IMG/VR virus record: IMGVR_UViG_3300035665_003403
Span: 32,001 to 96,000 of that record
Reading direction: 5' to 3' (one strand)
Source: a virus
DNA: 64,000 bases
In this document: piece by piece, positions 58,849 to 64,000 of the stretch
Numbering within the stretch: the first letter of the stretch is position 1
Layout: each line of letters starts with the position of its first letter
Notes under the pieces: generated by a model
What the model was told of the DNA's origin: nothing
Seen by the model: the letters and a program-made list of their open reading frames with translations, nothing else
Databases searched by the model: none
Translations under genes and position numbers: made by a program

Positions 58849-59476
58849 TGAAATATGTTTAAAATATAAAACTGATAAGTCGTCTAATTTTCATAATTAT
58901 TCTGAAAAATATGAACAATATTTTTCAAAATTAAAAAATGAAAAAATAAAAATATTAGAAATCGGTATACAAAATGGATATTCATTAAAAACTTGGTGTG
59001 AATATTTTCCAAATGCTGAAGTTTATGGTGTTGATATTGTTAATTGTTCTCACTTAGATAATGATAGGATAAAAACTTTTATTTGTAATCAGACAGATTT
59101 AGATATGCTTAACACAATAAATGAAAATTATGGTCCATTTGATATAATAATTGATGATGGTTCTCATGTTAGTAACCATATGGTTACAACTTTTAATCAT
59201 TTATTTCCATTATTAAAACCTAATGGTTTATATATAGTTGAAGATTTACATTGTTGTTATTGGTCTAATTTTAGTAGTGAAACTAAATTTATGGACAGAA
59301 TGAAAGAACTATTAGATGTTGTGAATGGAAATGGTAAATGTGGTCTGGCTGAAATTAAAAATTTAGATTCAGACAATTACTATCAAAATAAAACTAGAGG
59401 TGAAATGGATTGGTGGGAAATGAATATTGAATTCCTCCATCTATATAGAAGCATAGTGTTTATTAAAAAAAGATAA
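58832..59476 (+). CDS. Class I SAM methyltransferase (sugar O-methyltransferase-like)
   Basis: TDK...HNY, ILEIGI, GVDI, DIIIDDGSH, GLYIVEDL. Confidence 0.85.
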   Translation: MNMDINEICLKYKTDKSSNFHNYSEKYEQYFSKLKNEKIKILEIGIQNGYSLKTWCEYFPNAEVYGVDIVNCSHLDNDRIKTFICNQTDLDMLNTINENYGPFDIIIDDGSHVSNHMVTTFNHLFPLLKPNGLYIVEDLHCCYWSNFSSETKFMDRMKELLDVVNGNGKCGLAEIKNLDSDNYYQNKTRGEMDWWEMNIEFLHLYRSIVFIKKR

Positions 59477-59477
59477 T

Positions 59478-60314
59478 ATGAAAATTTACGATACTTTCAT
59501 CTTTTTTAATGAATTAGATTTATTAGAAATTAGATTAAATATACTTAACGATTATGTTGATTATTTTGTTTTAGTTGAGGCTACTAAAACATTTACTGGT
59601 AAGGATAAATCATTATATTACCTAGAAAATAAAGCTAGGTTTGAAAAATTTAATGATAAAATAATACACATTATAGTTAATGATATACCAGATTCTTTTA
59701 ATGAACTAACTTTAAGGGGTGGTGATGAATTAGAAAAATCTATTCATCATGATTGTTTAACTACACCTAATGTACCAAAAAATGAGGTTCATTGGTTAAG
59801 GGAATTTTACCAAAAAGAACAAATAAAACAAGGGTTAAGAAACGCTTCAGATGATGATTTTATTTACATTTCAGATTTAGATGAGATTTGGTTACCAGAC
59901 ATTAATATAGATTATAATTCAGATAAAATTTTTAGATTAAATCAAAAAGTCTACACTTACTTTTTAAATATTAGGTCATCCGAAGATTGGTTCGGAACTG
60001 TTTCAACCAAATACATTAATCTGAAAAATTATAGTGTTAATCATATTAGAACCCCCAATAGAAATAATTACGAACATGTTTATAACGCTGGTTGGCATTT
60101 TACATTTCAAGGTGGTGAATTAATGATAAAAAATAAAATAGAATCATATGGTCATCAAGAACTAAATAGAGAAGATATTAAAAATATGATTTCAAATAGG
60201 TTGGTAAACTCTATTGACATTTTTGGTAGAGGTTATGTATTAACAATGGATAATGAAAATTTACCAGAATATGTAAAAAATAATTTAAAAAAATACAAAC
60301 ATTTAATTAAATGA
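59478..60314 (+). CDS. GT17 (beta-1,4-GlcNAc transferase-like) glycosyltransferase
   Basis: IYDTFIFFNELDLLEIRL, FVLVEA..TFTG..K, SDLDEI, AGWHF. Confidence 0.85.
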   Translation: MKIYDTFIFFNELDLLEIRLNILNDYVDYFVLVEATKTFTGKDKSLYYLENKARFEKFNDKIIHIIVNDIPDSFNELTLRGGDELEKSIHHDCLTTPNVPKNEVHWLREFYQKEQIKQGLRNASDDDFIYISDLDEIWLPDINIDYNSDKIFRLNQKVYTYFLNIRSSEDWFGTVSTKYINLKNYSVNHIRTPNRNNYEHVYNAGWHFTFQGGELMIKNKIESYGHQELNREDIKNMISNRLVNSIDIFGRGYVLTMDNENLPEYVKNNLKKYKHLIK

Positions 60315-60904
60315 CAAGAACAGAAATAATTAATGGGTTAATTAAAAAAAATAATTATACATCTTATTTAGAAATTGGTGTTAATACACCAGCACAACCT
60401 GGATATAATTGGGTTGGTGTTAACATACCATTAAAACATGGTGTTGACCCTAATGTTGATACAACATACAAAATGACTTCTGATGAGTTTTTTGAAAAAC
60501 ACATAACACAAAAATATGATATAGTTTTCGTTGATGGATTACATTTACATGAACAAGTTTATAGAGATATTATTAACTCACTTAATAATTTGAATGAAAA
60601 TGGAGTTATTGTTGTACATGATTGCAATCCAGTTACTGAAATAACACAAAGAAGAGAACGTGCCAGTGATTCGTGGCATGGTGATGTATGGAAAGCTATT
60701 GTACAGTTACGCATGGAAAATTTAGAATTAGAAATTTACACAGTTAATACTGATGAAGGTTGTGGTATTATAAAAAAAGGTAAACAAGAATTATTAATTG
60801 TTAACGAAAATGAAAATTACAATGAATATAGTTTCTTAGAAAAAAATAGAGAAAAAGCTATTAATTTAATTTCTATAGAAACATTTAAAGAAAAATATTT
60901 ATAA
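60311..60904 (+). CDS. Class I SAM methyltransferase (Methyltransf_24-like)
   Basis: YLEIGV, GVDP, TSDEFF, VFVDGLH, VVHDCNP. Confidence 0.85.
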   Translation: MTRTEIINGLIKKNNYTSYLEIGVNTPAQPGYNWVGVNIPLKHGVDPNVDTTYKMTSDEFFEKHITQKYDIVFVDGLHLHEQVYRDIINSLNNLNENGVIVVHDCNPVTEITQRRERASDSWHGDVWKAIVQLRMENLELEIYTVNTDEGCGIIKKGKQELLIVNENENYNEYSFLEKNREKAINLISIETFKEKYL

Positions 60905-60935
60905 TAAAAAAATAATATCTTATTTAGTTTTTTAA

Positions 60936-61049
60936 AAGATTAATAATGACCCATTTTTTAGGGGTTGGTTAACATTGGTAAATGTAGATAACTCATACCC
61001 AGAATATTTACTCAACAATATCGAAAAGTATGGACATATGATAAAGTAA
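60936..61049 (+). pseudogene. Start-less 3' remnant of another GT17 gene
   Basis: DPFFRGWLTLVNVDNSYPEYLLNNIEKYGHMIK* resembles the GT17 end DIFGRGYVLTMDNENLPEYVKNNLKKYKHLIK*. Confidence 0.7.
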
Positions 61050-61075
61050 CCATATATTTATCATAAAAAGACTTC

Positions 61076-61828
61076 ATGCCAAGAAAAAAAGCAGCAGTAA
61101 AAAAACAAACAGCAAAAACTAGAACCAACACAGATTGGAATCTAGAAAAACAACCAAACACAGTTGAAGATATTATTAAAAATATCAGGTTATCAATAAA
61201 ACCACAAAGTCAAAACCAAAAAAAATTATTAGATAGTATAAGAGATAAAGAAATAACCATATGCTCTGGTTCTCCAGGTGTTGGTAAAACATTCTTATCT
61301 TGTGCTGAAGCACTTAATATCCTAAAAACATCCGATACAATAGATAAGATTGTAATTATTAAATCAGTTACCACATTACCCTCTGAACAAATTGGCTATG
61401 TTAAAGGCTCTGTTGAGGACAAAATGGAGGGAATAATTTATTCATTTACAAATAATTTTGAAAAATTAATTGGTAAAGATAAAACATCTAAATTAATGGA
61501 ATTAGGTGTCATTCAAACTTTACCAATAGCCTTTCTTCGTGGAATTAATATAGATTCAGCTATAGTGATTTGTGATGAGGTTCAGAACATAACGATACCA
61601 AATATTAGAACAATCATGACTCGTTTAGGTAAGAACAGCAAGATGGTTTTCTTGGGTGATGTGAACCAAATTGATATCAAAGATAAAAAAGAATCAGCTT
61701 TACAATTCCTAATTAATAACTTCAATGATATTGATGAGATTGGTATAGTTGAATTAACAGTAGATGATATCGTTAGAAATCCATTGATTAAAAAAATTGA
61801 AGATAAATTTAATTCATTAAAAAAATAA
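61076..61828 (+). CDS. phoH: PhoH-family ATPase
   Basis: GSPGVGKT, IGYVKG, PIAFLRG, DEVQN, TRLG, GDVNQID, DIVRNP. Confidence 0.93.
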   Translation: MPRKKAAVKKQTAKTRTNTDWNLEKQPNTVEDIIKNIRLSIKPQSQNQKKLLDSIRDKEITICSGSPGVGKTFLSCAEALNILKTSDTIDKIVIIKSVTTLPSEQIGYVKGSVEDKMEGIIYSFTNNFEKLIGKDKTSKLMELGVIQTLPIAFLRGINIDSAIVICDEVQNITIPNIRTIMTRLGKNSKMVFLGDVNQIDIKDKKESALQFLINNFNDIDEIGIVELTVDDIVRNPLIKKIEDKFNSLKK

Positions 61829-61877
61829 CTTTACTTTAAAATAAACAATATTATGTTTGTTTTAAATTATTGTATTA

Positions 61878-62498
61878 ATGAATAAAAAACAAATTTCTAT
61901 TGGTATTAGTATTAATGAGGTCGTTCGTGATTTCATTGGTCAATTAACCTATACCTATAACAAGTATTACCCAGATTTCAAAATTGAAGAAACTGAGTTA
62001 ACAAACTTTGATTTTCTGAATTCATTGTCGGCATTCAAAGATGCTAAAGAAATGAATACTTTTATCTACTCAGAATCAGCAATGGAAATATTCGCTCATG
62101 CTGACGTAAAATCGGAAGCCTTAAAAATACACTTAAATTCATTTATAAGAGATTTAAAAGATTTCTATGATATCGATTTAACTGTTGTAACAAGAGAAGT
62201 GGATAAGAGTATCCCAAGCACATTATTTTTCCTTTCCAAGCTTGGTTGTAGAGCAACCAATATCAAATTTGTACCAGGTAACGTGGACGAATGGGATGGT
62301 ATTGATATCTTGATTACGGCAAACCCAATAGCCTTGGATAATAAACCAGATGGTAAAATAAGTGTCAAGGTAAAAAGCCCATATAACTCAGAATCAACTG
62401 GAACCTATGAGGTTAATGATATCATGGAATTAATAACAAACGATGATTTAATTAAAAAAGTAATAACAACAGAACTAACACAATATGAAGAACTTTAA
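61878..62498 (+). CDS. HAD / 5'-nucleotidase-like protein (degenerate)
   Basis: IGISINEVVRDF occupies the DxDxV motif I position; TLFFLSK; PYN. TATGTTTG at 61852. Confidence 0.5.
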   Translation: MNKKQISIGISINEVVRDFIGQLTYTYNKYYPDFKIEETELTNFDFLNSLSAFKDAKEMNTFIYSESAMEIFAHADVKSEALKIHLNSFIRDLKDFYDIDLTVVTREVDKSIPSTLFFLSKLGCRATNIKFVPGNVDEWDGIDILITANPIALDNKPDGKISVKVKSPYNSESTGTYEVNDIMELITNDDLIKKVITTELTQYEEL

Positions 62499-62847
62499 TA
62501 TGCTAGAATTCGGAAACAAAACATTTTTCATTGACATAGATGCCTTGGAAAAATATGTAACAATGAACCCAGACCCAACTGACGTAGAAACTACAATTTT
62601 TGAAAGTTATGATAGTAGTGGTAATTTAGTTAGTAGAAATATGACCACAATATCCCCATCAAAAGATAAAACAATAAATTTACCTAAATATGAAACAATA
62701 CGATATTTTATAGATGTATTGACTGAAGTTTTTAGTGTTGAAATGGATGAAACTTTGGGTGCTGACAGAGCATTAGATGGGTTAAGCTTCTCACATAAAT
62801 TGGTAATTAACACCTTACTAAAAAACGGAATTATTAAATACAAATAA
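62485..62847 (+). CDS. Hypothetical protein
   Basis: 120 aa; DETLG..AL..LSFSHKL..NTL...GII. Confidence 0.55.
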   Translation: MKNFNMLEFGNKTFFIDIDALEKYVTMNPDPTDVETTIFESYDSSGNLVSRNMTTISPSKDKTINLPKYETIRYFIDVLTEVFSVEMDETLGADRALDGLSFSHKLVINTLLKNGIIKYK

Positions 62848-62849
62848 CA

Positions 62850-63959
62850 ATGAAAAACCAATTACTAAACTTAATTGAAAAATTAGAGAATAAAAATTTT
62901 AACATTTATTTTTTTACTCTAGACACTAAAGGTGTTGCAACAGCAAGTGTTGCCAACATTTATGAAAATGTTAAAATCCTAAATGAATTAGGGTATAAAG
63001 CAAATATATTACACGAAAAAAATGACTATAAATTTACTGCTGATGAAAATGGTGGTGGTTTATCAGATTGGTTAGGTGAAGAATATTGCTCACTCCCACA
63101 CGCATCTATTGAGGGTAAAAATATCAATATCAACGCTGAAGACTTTATTATCATCCCAGAAATATTCTTTGGTTTGATGGACCAATTAAAGGGGTTCCAA
63201 TGTAAGAAGATTGTTTTCTCACAAGCTTATGATTATATATTAGATATGATTCCACCAGGTAAATCTTGGAATGTGGATTGTGGTTTTAATGATGCTATTA
63301 CAACATCAGATAAACAAGCCGATTACATCAAATCATTGTTTCCATCAGTTAGAACACACATCATTCAACCATCAATCCCAAGTTATTTTAAATCTAGTGA
63401 TAAACCTAAGAAACCAATCATCTCTATTGTGTCTAGGAATCAATCTGATATAACTAAGATTGTTAAATCCTTCTATTTACAACACCCAATGTATAAATGG
63501 GTTACATTTAGGGAATTACGTGGGTTAAGTAGAACTGATTTTGCCAAGGCATTAGGTGAGTCTTGCTTGGCTGTTTGGTTGGATACAGCATCTGGTTTTG
63601 GTACATTCCCATTGGAAGCAATGGAGTGTGAAACACCAGTTATTGGCTTACTTCCAACTATGATACCAGAATGGTTAGAAACAACAAATACTGATGGCGA
63701 GGTTACTATCGCTAACAATGGGATTTGGACAAACACAACATTAATTATTCCAGAATTGATTGCTAAGTTTATGAAAGCTTGGTTAGAAGATTCTGTACCA
63801 GCATATCTTACAGATAATATGAAACTAACAACAGGGATTTATACCTTGGATAAACAAAAATCTGAGGTTGAAAGAGTTTTCAATACTCTAGTTACAAATA
63901 GAGTTAATGAATTAAAACACTTACTTCCTGTTGAAGAACCTAACGAAACATCAATTTAA
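62850..63959 (+). CDS. GT-B (GT4-like) glycosyltransferase
   Basis: YENVKILNELGY, DFIIIPE, SGFGTFPLEAMECETPVIG. Confidence 0.75.
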   Translation: MKNQLLNLIEKLENKNFNIYFFTLDTKGVATASVANIYENVKILNELGYKANILHEKNDYKFTADENGGGLSDWLGEEYCSLPHASIEGKNININAEDFIIIPEIFFGLMDQLKGFQCKKIVFSQAYDYILDMIPPGKSWNVDCGFNDAITTSDKQADYIKSLFPSVRTHIIQPSIPSYFKSSDKPKKPIISIVSRNQSDITKIVKSFYLQHPMYKWVTFRELRGLSRTDFAKALGESCLAVWLDTASGFGTFPLEAMECETPVIGLLPTMIPEWLETTNTDGEVTIANNGIWTNTTLIIPELIAKFMKAWLEDSVPAYLTDNMKLTTGIYTLDKQKSEVERVFNTLVTNRVNELKHLLPVEEPNETSI

Positions 63960-64000
63960 AATATGTTTTCATTTATAAAAAACTATATTAGTAAAATAAC

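Noticed and set aside
44587-63959. Bacterial chromosomal LPS/capsule locus
   Set aside because: It is interleaved with phage-type genes (dut, phoH, Acb1-like, late-promoter motif) and lacks transport and polymerase genes.
1-64000. Genome-wide stop-codon reassignment (TGA or TAG)
   Set aside because: Long genes are intact under code 11, and TGA/TAG end genes at sensible places (tube 12594, GT 45738, 10340). Only one internal TGA was found.
1-64000. tRNA or rRNA genes
   Set aside because: No cloverleaf or T-loop signatures were seen in the few intergenic gaps; tRNAscan was not run.

Overview
AT-rich, gene-dense 64-kb segment of a large contractile-tailed (myovirus-type, probably jumbo) phage. 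The host is probably Bacteroidota: TAnnTTTG promoter boxes are present and Shine-Dalgarno motifs are not evident. 1-31 kb is a mostly minus-strand tail module: baseplate, tape measure, tail assembly chaperone pair, tube and a tube paralogue, sheath, repeat-rich fibres and neck proteins, with two homing endonucleases. 31-44 kb holds a SNF2 helicase, glutaredoxin, neck protein, family B DNA polymerase and more virion proteins. 44-64 kb is a plus-strand accessory region: dUTPase, Acb1-like 2H phosphoesterase, thioesterase, SET protein, PhoH and about 15 glycosyltransferase/methyltransferase genes. Main leads: (1) the first glycosyltransferase has an in-frame AGC-TGA-AGC directly after a GC-rich multi-stem hairpin, a candidate programmed stop-hop or readthrough; (2) an [S/T]-G-x-[T/S] motif is strongly enriched in virion proteins only, a candidate sequon for phage-encoded glycosylation; (3) a U7 +1/-2 frameshift joins the chaperone ORFs; (4) a GT17 3' remnant marks a glycan-cassette swap. 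All product calls come from motif recognition by eye; no searches were run.
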